Shown here: positions 7,753 through 14,823 of the stretch, piece after piece
Layout: each line of letters begins with the position of its first letter
How positions within the stretch are numbered: the first letter of the stretch is position 1
Origin: a virus
Taxonomy: Duplodnaviria > Caudoviricetes
IMG/VR virus record: IMGVR_UViG_3300017548_000019
Span: 1-24,212 of that record
DNA: 24,212 bases
Strand: one strand, 5' to 3'
Notes under the pieces: model-generated
The model's input: only the letters and a program-made list of their open reading frames with translations
Database searches by the model: none
Told to the model about the DNA's origin: nothing
Translations under genes and position numbers: made by a program

Positions 7753-8031
7753 TCATTCAGGGAGACCCTGAGAGAAGGCTTTTTTGAAATACCCATCAAG
7801 TGGTAGGTAACGAAAACAAGGTTTTTTTTGTTGTTGCTGGCCGCAACTACAGTTGTGGTATCGGGACCATTTTTTAAAAAGGTATGTAAGTACTGACATA
7901 CCTTTCAGCTCTTTTTTAAGCACGCGGCGACATTTCTTGACCAGCTTCGCGGCCACCAAAGCAGCGCCCAAGATTGCCCCCAGCGCGTTCGCTAAGCTCT
8001 CGATGTCAGACGGTGTAAACACGGTACCCAC
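7753..8031 (-). CDS. Doubtful ORF; N-terminal half is a hydrophobic/cationic helix
   Basis: GTG start with no clear RBS; C-terminal half reads through A-tracts and a palindrome. Confidence 0.25.
   Translation of the reverse strand: MGTVFTPSDIESLANALGAILGAALVAAKLVKKCRRVLKKELKGMSVLTYLFKKWSRYHNCSCGQQQQKKPCFRYLPLDGYFKKAFSQGLPE
7878..7905. repeat. 28-bp near-perfect palindrome in an AT-rich tract
   Basis: AAAGGTATGT-a-AGTACT-g-ACATACCTTT. Confidence 0.75.
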
Positions 8032-8082
8032 TGCGACACAATGCCTACAGTTGGGACCGGATGACTCCGTTGCACTGCCCCC

Positions 8083-8118
8083 AAAAAAACGCCCCGCAAC
8101 CTTCTCAGGTGCGGGGCG
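8083..8118 (-). terminator. Intrinsic terminator, candidate tR'
   Basis: Minus strand CGCCCCGCA-cctgagaaggt-TGCGGGGCG-TTTTTTT. Confidence 0.85.
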
Positions 8119-8176
8119 CTCAGATCCTAACGAGGGAATCGATCGTCACCGGCGTCACAGTCCGCCAGCGTGGCCG

Positions 8177-8206
8177 ACTCTGATGTCTAGACGGCTAGAC
8201 TGTCAA
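8177..8206 (-). promoter_or_regulatory. Candidate late promoter pR' with a tandem 8-bp Q-binding element
   Basis: TTGACA-GTCTAGCC-GTCTAGAC-AT-CAGAGT; perfect -35, 18-bp spacer, transcript would end about 90 nt downstream at the 8083-8118 terminator. Confidence 0.6.
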
Positions 8207-8210
8207 CGGG

Positions 8211-8438
8211 TCAGATTCTTTCCTGCGCAATCAGGTCGCGCGCGCGCTGTCTATCTTGCTCAGTTGCTTCGTAGAAATGGCCGATTGGAGCGGTGAACGT
8301 GACGCGTACCTCAAGGCCGCGAAAGGTGAGATGGCCGCCATCAACTGCCTCGACCACTCCCACATACGGGTACGGCCCAGGAAATCCGTCGAGATGGACC
8401 ACAACGTCTCCAACAGATGCGCTCGATAATCTACCCAT
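8211..8438 (-). CDS. Hypothetical beta-rich (SH3-like?) protein, 75 aa, downstream of higA
   Basis: AGGTG RBS; starts 7 nt after the higA stop. Confidence 0.65.
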   Translation of the reverse strand: MGRLSSASVGDVVVHLDGFPGPYPYVGVVEAVDGGHLTFRGLEVRVTFTAPIGHFYEATEQDRQRARDLIAQERI

Positions 8439-8445
8439 CTTGCAC

Positions 8446-8748
8446 CTACGCCGCGTGCAGCTGCTTCACCTTCGGCTTCGGCTGCTGCGAGACCATCCAT
8501 ACGTCGTACTGAGCCTGGAGGTTGATCCAGATATCCGGCTCGGTGCCGAATGCCGCAGCGAGCAGCGCCGCCATCTCCGGCTTCACCGCCGCACGACCGT
8601 TGATGATCTCCGACAGGTGCTTGCGGCTAACGCCGAGCGCCTCGGCCGCCGTCGTGATCGAGACGCCCAGCGGCGCCAGATACAGTTCCCGGAGGATCTC
8701 TCCGGGATGCGCCGGGTTGTGCATCCGGCCGTTAGTGATAGTCGACAT
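8446..8748 (-). CDS. higA: HigA family antitoxin (XRE HTH)
   Basis: [20 protein letters not shown]....[27 protein letters not shown]...FGT.PD.W.NLQ.QYD; GAGGTG RBS before ATG 8748 (alternative start 8724). Confidence 0.95.
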   Translation of the reverse strand: MSTITNGRMHNPAHPGEILRELYLAPLGVSITTAAEALGVSRKHLSEIINGRAAVKPEMAALLAAAFGTEPDIWINLQAQYDVWMVSQQPKPKVKQLHAA

Positions 8749-9010
8749 AGTCCACCTCGTATGCGTGGCCGCCTTCCATCTTGAAGACGACGCGGGTATT
8801 GCCGTCCACGTCCACCGCATGCAGACCCTTCATCGGGCCTTTGAGCGGGTGATAACGCAGGCCGGGGGCTGCCATTTGGCCGGGATTGGCCGCTGCATTC
8901 AGCAGTGTCAGGATCAGGCGCAGCTTGCCGTGATGCTTCGCCTGTACCTTCTTCGAGTGACCAGTCTCGAAGAACTCTTTGAGGCCCTTATTGCGGAAGC
9001 TCTTAATCAT
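8732..9010 (-). CDS. higB: HigB family (RelE-like) mRNA interferase toxin
   Basis: [17 protein letters not shown]...L.LL..A...[10 protein letters not shown]...[13 protein letters not shown]...VDYVDYH; toxin-first order. Confidence 0.95.
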   Translation of the reverse strand: MIKSFRNKGLKEFFETGHSKKVQAKHHGKLRLILTLLNAAANPGQMAAPGLRYHPLKGPMKGLHAVDVDGNTRVVFKMEGGHAYEVDYVDYH

Positions 9011-9017
9011 GGGATGC

Positions 9018-9060
9018 AGTGTAACCGTTTTGGTTACACACTGCAACCATTTCGGTTACA
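9018..9060 (-). promoter_or_regulatory. higBA promoter with two palindromic HigA operators
   Basis: TTGCAG-N17-TACACT 7 nt before the ATG; inverted repeats GTGTAACC-N5-GGTTACAC (9019-9039) and TGCAACC-N5-GGTTACA (9042-9060). Confidence 0.85.
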
Positions 9061-9065
9061 CCGGC

Positions 9066-9356
9066 TCACGCCTCGTCGGCGGCGCTGGAGATTGCCTTCT
9101 GCAGCTCTTTGCGGGTGAATCCCATCTGCTCCGCGCGCTGCGCGATATCTCTACGCACAACGACCGCATGCCGGTTTATCAGCGCGAGTTCCCTGTGGGT
9201 CACCGGCATGATGCCGTCTTTCACGATCGGTCCGGTGCACACGGTGCGGTCGTATGCCTCGCAGCGTTGGTGATATTCGACGGCGAGATCCCATAGCCGA
9301 CGATCCATCGGCTCGAACGTTCCGAGCAGTTCCTTGCGGAAGGCGTCGACGTCCAT
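9066..9356 (-). CDS. Hypothetical protein, 96 aa
   Basis: Starts 1 nt after the upstream stop; co-oriented with neighbours. Confidence 0.7.
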   Translation of the reverse strand: MDVDAFRKELLGTFEPMDRRLWDLAVEYHQRCEAYDRTVCTGPIVKDGIMPVTHRELALINRHAVVVRRDIAQRAEQMGFTRKELQKAISSAADEA

Positions 9357-9357
9357 C

Positions 9358-9561
9358 CTAGCTGCCAGTCGCGCGCGTCTGCTTCACGCACACGAAGTCG
9401 ACGATCTTCACCGTGGCCCTGGCCAGCTTCTTCGCTTCGCCGCCCGCAGCCTGACATTCCTGCTGAGAGCCGAAGCCCGGCACGCTCGTCAGCGCGTTGC
9501 TATTGCCATCGGCCAGCGGCCCGACGTGCGCGAATAGGATCAGTACCCAGGTCGTCACCAT
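9358..9561 (-). CDS. Small membrane/exported protein with a Cys pair, 67 aa
   Basis: GGAG RBS; hydrophobic N-terminus WVLILF; FGSQQECQAA...FVCVK pattern. Confidence 0.7.
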   Translation of the reverse strand: MVTTWVLILFAHVGPLADGNSNALTSVPGFGSQQECQAAGGEAKKLARATVKIVDFVCVKQTRATGS

Positions 9562-9730
9562 GTCTGCTTACATCTCCACTCGTTGCGCTGCATTCGCTCG
9601 CCGAACGCAGACCGCGCGTTCGGACCTCTTCGACCGATCATTGACTGCCTGGAATGAATTCACGATCTATTCGTGAAATCGTCTTTATATATAGGGTCGA
9701 ATCATCAATCGCGGGCCAATTCATGAACCG

Positions 9731-10126
9731 TCACACCCACACGCCGCGCGCGTTGAGCCGGCCTTTCATGTACGACAGATGATTCTTCAGCTCGTTGTAT
9801 GCCTGCGCCCGCGACCTGTTCATCACGTTGGCCTTCTGGATGACTGTGCGCGATGGCTCGTACCAGAAGATGATGAAGGCGCGCGTGTCATCGGGAGAGG
9901 TCGCCAGGATCTGGTCAATGATCTCGTACTCGCCCGGCTCGGGCGCGGGCGCTGAGAACACGGCGCCGTCGCGCAGCAGCCGGATCCGCTCGAGCGGGTG
10001 AATTCCACCGCTGTTGATGTACCTGCGATTCTCGCCGCCCCAACGCCGGAGCAGCTGGTCGGTTTCAAAGAGCCCGGCAGGAATGCTCGGAGGCTTCGCC
10101 GCGGCTGATGCTTCTCTCGTGCTCAA
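9731..10126 (-). CDS. Q: Probable late antiterminator Q (phage 21 Q-like)
   Basis: LLRRWG N-terminal motif; C-terminal sigma4-like HTH (KANVMNRSRAQAYNEL...MKGRL); last gene of the nin-like region. Confidence 0.65.
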   Translation of the reverse strand: MSTREASAAAKPPSIPAGLFETDQLLRRWGGENRRYINSGGIHPLERIRLLRDGAVFSAPAPEPGEYEIIDQILATSPDDTRAFIIFWYEPSRTVIQKANVMNRSRAQAYNELKNHLSYMKGRLNARGVWV

Positions 10127-10133
10127 TCGGACC

Positions 10134-10571
10134 TCACTCGATGGCGCCGGTGATCAGCCGGCTTGCGATGAATGCAACCACGAACGCCCCGATCAAAAGG
10201 CACGGGAGGATCCACCAGCCGGACGGCAGGCGCGGCTGATCGTAAGCTTCGCCGTTCTCGCGCTCGATGCGGTTGCACTCGTTGATCCATTCCTGGACGG
10301 ATTGCGGCGCGGGTTCCTCCGAGAGCGCTGGCGCCTCCGGCGATCGCGTTTCAATCACGGTGCGAACTGGTAGCACCTGGGTCCAGGGATCGTCGTAGAT
10401 CTCCGGCTTCTCGAACACGCGACCGTCCTGCAGCTTGACCACCATGTAACCATCTTTGCGCCTCACCTCAGCGAGGACGCCCTCTACAAGCTTCGGCACG
10501 GCGCGCACGCCTCCCTCGCCCCACGCCGCACGCGACGTCATGAGCACAACTCGCTCGCCCACGATCATCAT
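10134..10571 (-). CDS. Hypothetical protein with a C-terminal transmembrane helix
   Basis: ATGA-coupled to the upstream gene; WWILPCLLIGAFVVAFIA. Confidence 0.7.
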   Translation of the reverse strand: MMIVGERVVLMTSRAAWGEGGVRAVPKLVEGVLAEVRRKDGYMVVKLQDGRVFEKPEIYDDPWTQVLPVRTVIETRSPEAPALSEEPAPQSVQEWINECNRIERENGEAYDQPRLPSGWWILPCLLIGAFVVAFIASRLITGAIE

Positions 10572-10801
10572 GCGAGGCCCTCGCCATTCACCACGAGACG
10601 CGCCCACCGGTCAGCGCTCTGCTCTGTCGGGAACGTAATCGGCGCCCCTGGAAACTTTCTTGCGGTGTACTCGCTACCATCGGCGCGCCGGAACTTGCAC
10701 ACCCAAACGATTTCGCCCCATGGGGCTGCCCACTGGATCGCGCGCCATCCGATTGGGCGTTCTGGTTGCGGCTTCGGCTTTCGCTTGAGTGGCCAGATCA
10801 T
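10568..10801 (-). CDS. Hypothetical protein, 77 aa
   Basis: ATGA overlaps at both ends. Confidence 0.7.
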   Translation of the reverse strand: MIWPLKRKPKPQPERPIGWRAIQWAAPWGEIVWVCKFRRADGSEYTARKFPGAPITFPTEQSADRWARLVVNGEGLA

Positions 10802-11100
10802 GCGCCACCTCGGCGAGCTCGACGGCGCATGTCATGCACGTGGGCGATCACGTCCGCGTGTATGCGGACGATCGCGACACGACTGCCGCGCCACGTCGCG
10901 ATGAATGTTTTCTGTGACGGTTCCAACGTACCTTCCTCCGTCTTGACCTCGACAGGGTCAGTGATGCCGGCGCAGCCGACGAAGAGATCTGGCACGCCCA
11001 GGCCTGCGTCATGCGTCTCAGCGACGGCGCAACCAAGCTCGCGATACCAGCCCACGACATCGCCATGATTGGCGTCTCGCTTCCCGTAGCGCTGTTTCAT
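10798..11100 (-). CDS. VRR-NUC-like PD-(D/E)XK nuclease (probable junction resolvase)
   Basis: KRDANH, GVPDLFVG, VEVKT, LEPSQKTF...WRG motifs; ATGA-coupled start at 11100. Confidence 0.85.
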   Translation of the reverse strand: MKQRYGKRDANHGDVVGWYRELGCAVAETHDAGLGVPDLFVGCAGITDPVEVKTEEGTLEPSQKTFIATWRGSRVAIVRIHADVIAHVHDMRRRARRGGA

Positions 11101-11258
11101 TTCTTTTTGCACCCCAGGTGCCACTTGCCGCAGTCCGCGCATTTGTACGCGGCCCGTTCGTGGTTGCTCTTGCTGCCGCGCTTCTTGCGGATCCGTACGA
11201 GCGCGCGCTGAGCGTCGGTGCTCGACTCGTACGGAACTTTCGGGCACAGCGGCAGCAT
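11097..11258 (-). CDS. Small zinc-finger-like phage protein, 53 aa
   Basis: MLPLCPKVPYES..DAQRAL...AYKCADCGKWHL; 3' part of track ORF 11097..11882. Confidence 0.75.
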   Translation of the reverse strand: MLPLCPKVPYESSTDAQRALVRIRKKRGSKSNHERAAYKCADCGKWHLGCKKK

Positions 11259-11263
11259 GGTGA

Positions 11264-12406
11264 TCAGCCCGCGCCCGATGCGCTGTGCATGTACATGCGC
11301 GAACCGTCCGGCTGGATGGTCCCGACCAGGCCTGCCGCCTCCATTGTTTCGATCATCCGCGCTGCCCGGTTGAAGCCGATCATCAGGTGACGCTGGAGAC
11401 CGCTGGTCGTGACCACACCGATCTCGCGCACGAAGGCGACCGCGGGCGCATACAGCGGGTCGCCCTCGGGATCGTCCGCTGGCGCGTCGTGGCTCGCATC
11501 CTTCGCGACTGCGTCGACAGCACCGAGCGCGCTCACCAGATCGGCGAGCAAGGACGCGAGCGCATCGGTCATCAGCAGCAGATCGGCGTCCGCTTGGTCG
11601 GCAGGATCCGCCGTGCTCTCGTCGGCCGGCATGTTCTTCTCGATGTCGAGGAACTCGACGCGCTTTACGTGCAGCTTCTCGTCCAGGACAAAGGCGATCC
11701 GATCTTTCCACGTGAGCCCGAGGCGGGTGGCGAACATGCCGCCGTTGACCTGAGAGCGGATCTCCCGGCCGTCGAGCGGGTGATGCACGTAGCGGACGGT
11801 CGGCTTGCTCTTGTCCATCGCGCGCAGCTCGAGCTCGTCGTCGATCGCGAAGACGCCAGGCGCTTCGCCGAGCATCAGCCATGCGGTCATCGCTGTCGAA
11901 GGCGACCGTTCGGTCTCGATGTGCACGGCCTGCAGACTGCCGATCGTGTCGCGCAATGTCTCGACGAGCTGCTCGGCTTTGGCGTCACTGGCCGCGTCGA
12001 CCACCAGCCAACCGTTGACCGAATCGATCCAGGCCCGCGTGATTCGCTTCCGCGTCACGGCACGGCCGCGCAGCTCCTCGGTCACGCGCATCTTCAGCTC
12101 GCGCATCTGGCGCCGACCGACCGGATAGCCCTGCTCGGCTGCCAGCACCTTCGCCCGTTCCTGTACGGCCTGCTTGATCGCAGCGCCGGGCAGCACCTTC
12201 TCGTCGACGCCCAGCGCGATCAGGTGCTGGCCGTTGACCGTATGCACGTAGCGCTCCCGATCGCTGGAGAACACCCAGCCCTTGGTCTGCATGTCGAAGC
12301 TGCCGCACGGCTGAAGCGCGCGCGAGCCGAGCTTCGATTCCAGATCGCTGGCGGACACCGACCAGCCTTCCGGCAAACGATACGCGACGAGATTCTTGAA
12401 CCACAT
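11264..12406 (-). CDS. rdgC: Recombination-associated protein RdgC fused to a C-terminal FtsK gamma (winged-helix) domain
   Basis: MWFKNLVAYRL, EKVLPGAAIK, WLVVDAASDAKAE, MTAWL, ATRLGLTW, DADLLLM; C-terminal DPLY..AV.FV......SGLQRHLMIGFNRAARMIETME..GLVG; AGGA RBS. Confidence 0.92.
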   Translation of the reverse strand: MWFKNLVAYRLPEGWSVSASDLESKLGSRALQPCGSFDMQTKGWVFSSDRERYVHTVNGQHLIALGVDEKVLPGAAIKQAVQERAKVLAAEQGYPVGRRQMRELKMRVTEELRGRAVTRKRITRAWIDSVNGWLVVDAASDAKAEQLVETLRDTIGSLQAVHIETERSPSTAMTAWLMLGEAPGVFAIDDELELRAMDKSKPTVRYVHHPLDGREIRSQVNGGMFATRLGLTWKDRIAFVLDEKLHVKRVEFLDIEKNMPADESTADPADQADADLLLMTDALASLLADLVSALGAVDAVAKDASHDAPADDPEGDPLYAPAVAFVREIGVVTTSGLQRHLMIGFNRAARMIETMEAAGLVGTIQPDGSRMYMHSASGAG

Positions 12407-12414
12407 GATCGTTC

Positions 12415-12678
12415 CTATGCCGCGGTCTGATGCGGCTGTTGCTGGTTTGGATGCAGATGCGCGGAGCAATCGCCCATTGCGCCCTGACGTGAGAATCGAT
12501 GCCTCGGGCTGATGCACTCAGCCACGCACTCGCGGTCGCGCGGATCTCGCCTGAAGTGGGCGAGATACACCCAGCGGCCGTCGGGCGCTTCGGGGAATGC
12601 GAACGAGAGCGTGCGCTCGATGAAGTAACGGCCGCACTCGCGGCGCCAGTGGTATTGATCAATCTGGTCCCACCTCAT
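12415..12678 (-). CDS. Hypothetical protein, 87 aa
   Basis: ATGA-coupled to the replication gene. Confidence 0.65.
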   Translation of the reverse strand: MRWDQIDQYHWRRECGRYFIERTLSFAFPEAPDGRWVYLAHFRRDPRDRECVAECISPRHRFSRQGAMGDCSAHLHPNQQQPHQTAA

Positions 12679-13859
12679 CGCGCAGCCCGCCCTGCGAGAA
12701 ATGTTTCCATCTGCGCAAACGCGGCGTCCTCCTTGGCGCGGTTGTGGGCCTTGAGCGCCGCCCGATAGTCGTCGGGCTTTTCGCCTTCGCGAGGCGCACG
12801 GAAACCGTACTGGGCGCCTTCATCGCGCAGCTGGCGGCGCTCGCGCTCGGCCGGCGATTCCTGCTTCGCGCTGGGCGAGCTGGCCGGGCCCGGCGTCACG
12901 CCGTTGATCTGATCGGCGTTGCGCGGATCACGCAGAACCTTGTCCAGGTATCTCGGGGCGATCTCTGCGCCCTCGCCCAGCGTCGATTGCGCGATGGCCA
13001 ACGCGCGCAGCACCTGATCGACCGTGTAGCCGTCCTTGACCCAGGCGCAGAGCAGCGGGTGCATGCTCGTGACCTTCACGCTGCGCTTACGCAGCTCGAT
13101 CGACATCGCTGCCTCTGGCGTCAGAGTCCTTCCCTTTCCTTCCTCAGCGCCGTCTCCGTCGCTCTGGCGCGATGTTTGTTCTGCGCCCTCGTCTGTCTCC
13201 TCCGGCAAATCTTCACGTGAAACGTTTTCGTCGTTCTCACGCGCGCTCTGAAAAAGAGATATTGGGTATTGGGTATTGGGTATTGGGTATTGGGTACTGG
13301 TAGCCGTTGTGTCACGCGTTGCAGGTTCGTCACCTAACGTTACTTCACGCGTTTCTGGTTCGTCCTGTAACGCGTTACGTGATGCGTTACGTGACGCGTT
13401 ACGTAACGGGCTAGACTGCGTTACATCACAGTGCTCTGCGAACAGCTTTCGCAGCTCGGCCTGCTTAATGTTCCAATCCGGGAACTGCCCGACCGCGTTC
13501 AGCGCGGCAAACATCCGAGCGCGATCCTCGCGATATTTCTGCTGGCGCCCGGCCTCGTTCGACTTTTTCACCTTCCGCACAGGCTCGTCGGCCATGAATT
13601 CGGCTAGCAAGTCATCGCAGTACTGGCGGTGATAGCAGTCGTCCGCCTGCAGCTCGAAGAACTCCGCCAGCACCGCGTCGACGATCTCCCGTTCTTCAGG
13701 AGCCCTGGCGCGCGCGATCTTGTAAGCCATGTCCTTGGGCACCGGCTTCTCGTTCGCGAAGTAGTAATCCAGCAGCAGGTTGAAGGCGCCGTGCTCGGCC
13801 ATCGACAGATGCCCGGCCTCTTTGGCGTAGTCGCCAAGATTCTTTTCGTAGTAGTTCAT
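12675..13859 (-). CDS. Phage replication initiator (YdaU/DUF1376 N-terminus, DnaD-like C-terminal region)
   Basis: MNYYEKNLGDYAKEAGHLSMAEHGAFNLLLDYYF.NEKP; lambda-O position; internal iterons; RYLDKVL motif. Confidence 0.88.
   Translation of the reverse strand: MNYYEKNLGDYAKEAGHLSMAEHGAFNLLLDYYFANEKPVPKDMAYKIARARAPEEREIVDAVLAEFFELQADDCYHRQYCDDLLAEFMADEPVRKVKKSNEAGRQQKYREDRARMFAALNAVGQFPDWNIKQAELRKLFAEHCDVTQSSPLRNASRNASRNALQDEPETREVTLGDEPATRDTTATSTQYPIPNTQYPISLFQSARENDENVSREDLPEETDEGAEQTSRQSDGDGAEEGKGRTLTPEAAMSIELRKRSVKVTSMHPLLCAWVKDGYTVDQVLRALAIAQSTLGEGAEIAPRYLDKVLRDPRNADQINGVTPGPASSPSAKQESPAERERRQLRDEGAQYGFRAPREGEKPDDYRAALKAHNRAKEDAAFAQMETFLAGRAAR
13261..13295. repeat. Heptamer tandem repeat (ATTGGGT)x5 inside the rep gene
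   Basis: Five perfect copies read directly. Confidence 0.95.
13308..13430. promoter_or_regulatory. Probable replication origin iterons
   Basis: Tandem 12-mers GTAACGCGTTAC, GTGATGCGTTAC, GTGACGCGTTAC, GTAACGGGCTAG (13367-13414) plus degenerate flanking copies. Confidence 0.8.
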
Positions 13860-14272
13860 GTCACGCGACCCGTCCGCGTAACGTTACGTAACGCGTTACA
13901 TAACGGCCCCGGTGAATGGAGCCGGCTCTGCCGGGTGCTAGAGTTGGAGCGCGACCTACCAACCTTCACAACCGGAGAGCCGACATGGGACTTTTTGATG
14001 CGCAGGACCTCCCGATCGAGTGCCCGAACTGCAAGCACAAGACGCCGAAGTCGATCGCTTGGATCAAGCAGCACAGTGAGTTGACCTGCACGTGCGGGGC
14101 GACGATTCGGATTGACAGTGACGAGCTTCTGGCGGGCCTTCGCAAGGCGGAGGACATGATCAGCCGCCTGGAGAAGTCGAAGATAAAGCTCAAGTTTTGA
14201 TGCCGCCTCGCGAGCTAACGTGACCCCGCGGCCGGCGGCGCGAATGCGGTAAGTGACTTTCCCGTGTTTCAT
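13856..14272 (-). CDS. Possible bridging ORF, 138 aa, antisense to the Zn-ribbon gene
   Basis: ATGA overlap with both neighbours; no recognisable family. Confidence 0.35.
   Translation of the reverse strand: MKHGKVTYRIRAAGRGVTLAREAASKLELYLRLLQAADHVLRLAKARQKLVTVNPNRRPARAGQLTVLLDPSDRLRRLVLAVRALDREVLRIKKSHVGSPVVKVGRSRSNSSTRQSRLHSPGPLCNALRNVTRTGRVT
13878..13905. promoter_or_regulatory. Iteron copies upstream of the rep start codon
   Basis: GTAACGTTAC-GTAACGCGTTAC-ATAACG. Confidence 0.65.
13985..14200 (+). CDS. Small Zn-ribbon protein (YnfU/ECs_2282-like), 71 aa
   Basis: GGAG RBS; IECPNCKHK...SIAWIK....LTCTCGATI.ID followed by a coiled-coil helix. Confidence 0.75.
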   Translation: MGLFDAQDLPIECPNCKHKTPKSIAWIKQHSELTCTCGATIRIDSDELLAGLRKAEDMISRLEKSKIKLKF

Positions 14273-14514
14273 CGCCGGCCTCCGCGTCCCTGGTTGTCCC
14301 TTGCGAGTCCCCGATCGTCCCCGGCGCGGGCCTCGGCCGGGGCCAGATTCGCGAGTATTCTGGCTGCTCGAATTTCGGCGACAGCGATTTCGTGCAGAGC
14401 GTCGCGCGCGATTTCCTGCATGCGGCGCCCGGTCGAAAGCGACTTTGCGTGCAACCAGGCCTTGGTCTCTTCGGTGACTTTCAGCCGCTTCAGGTCGTCG
14501 AGGTCGGCGGCCAT
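14269..14514 (-). CDS. cII-position transcriptional regulator (ribbon-helix-helix-like)
   Basis: TGATG coupling to cro; LKRLKVTEETKAWL.....GRRMQEIARDAL pattern. Confidence 0.65.
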   Translation of the reverse strand: MAADLDDLKRLKVTEETKAWLHAKSLSTGRRMQEIARDALHEIAVAEIRAARILANLAPAEARAGDDRGLARDNQGRGGRR

Positions 14515-14744
14515 CAGGCGCCCCCCTGCGGCGCTGTAGGCTCGGAGCCGGCGGCCTGCGCTTTGGCGCGAAGATGCTGGATCGTCTCGAAATGATCGAC
14601 CAGGACGGCGGGCGGAATTCCGCGACGCTTCCAGTTGTTTATGCGCTGCTGGTAGCGCGGAGCGTTATCGATGCCGAGGAGCTCACCGAACGCCTTGTCG
14701 CCGCCGGCCGCAGCGATAACCAGGGATGATTCTGCGGGTGTCAT
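14514..14744 (-). CDS. cro: Cro-like HTH repressor
   Basis: IAAAGGDKAFGELLGI...QRINNWKRRGIPP; divergent from cI. Confidence 0.88.
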   Translation of the reverse strand: MTPAESSLVIAAAGGDKAFGELLGIDNAPRYQQRINNWKRRGIPPAVLVDHFETIQHLRAKAQAAGSEPTAPQGGA

Positions 14745-14752
14745 AACGCCGC

Positions 14753-14818
14753 ATATTAAACACGACGTTTACTTTTCGTCAAACGCACCGTTTAACAGTG
14801 AGCTAAACCGCTTGTTTA
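14753..14818. promoter_or_regulatory. OR: three operators and pR
   Basis: TAAAC-ACGAC-GTTTA (14757), CAAAC-GCACC-GTTTA (14780), TAAAC-CGCTT-GTTTA (14804); minus-strand TTGACG-N18-TAATAT. Confidence 0.9.
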
Positions 14819-14823
14819 GTCTG

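Noticed and set aside
9562-9730. tRNA gene downstream of Q
   Set aside because: No cloverleaf or proper T-arm found; the GGTCGAATC-like string lacks a supporting stem
13261-13430. CRISPR array
   Set aside because: Repeats are 7 and 12 bp, abutting, with no unique spacers and no cas genes
14671-14823. N-terminal extension of CI in the ORF track
   Set aside because: Overlaps cro and the operators; the HTH begins after ATG 14824/14830
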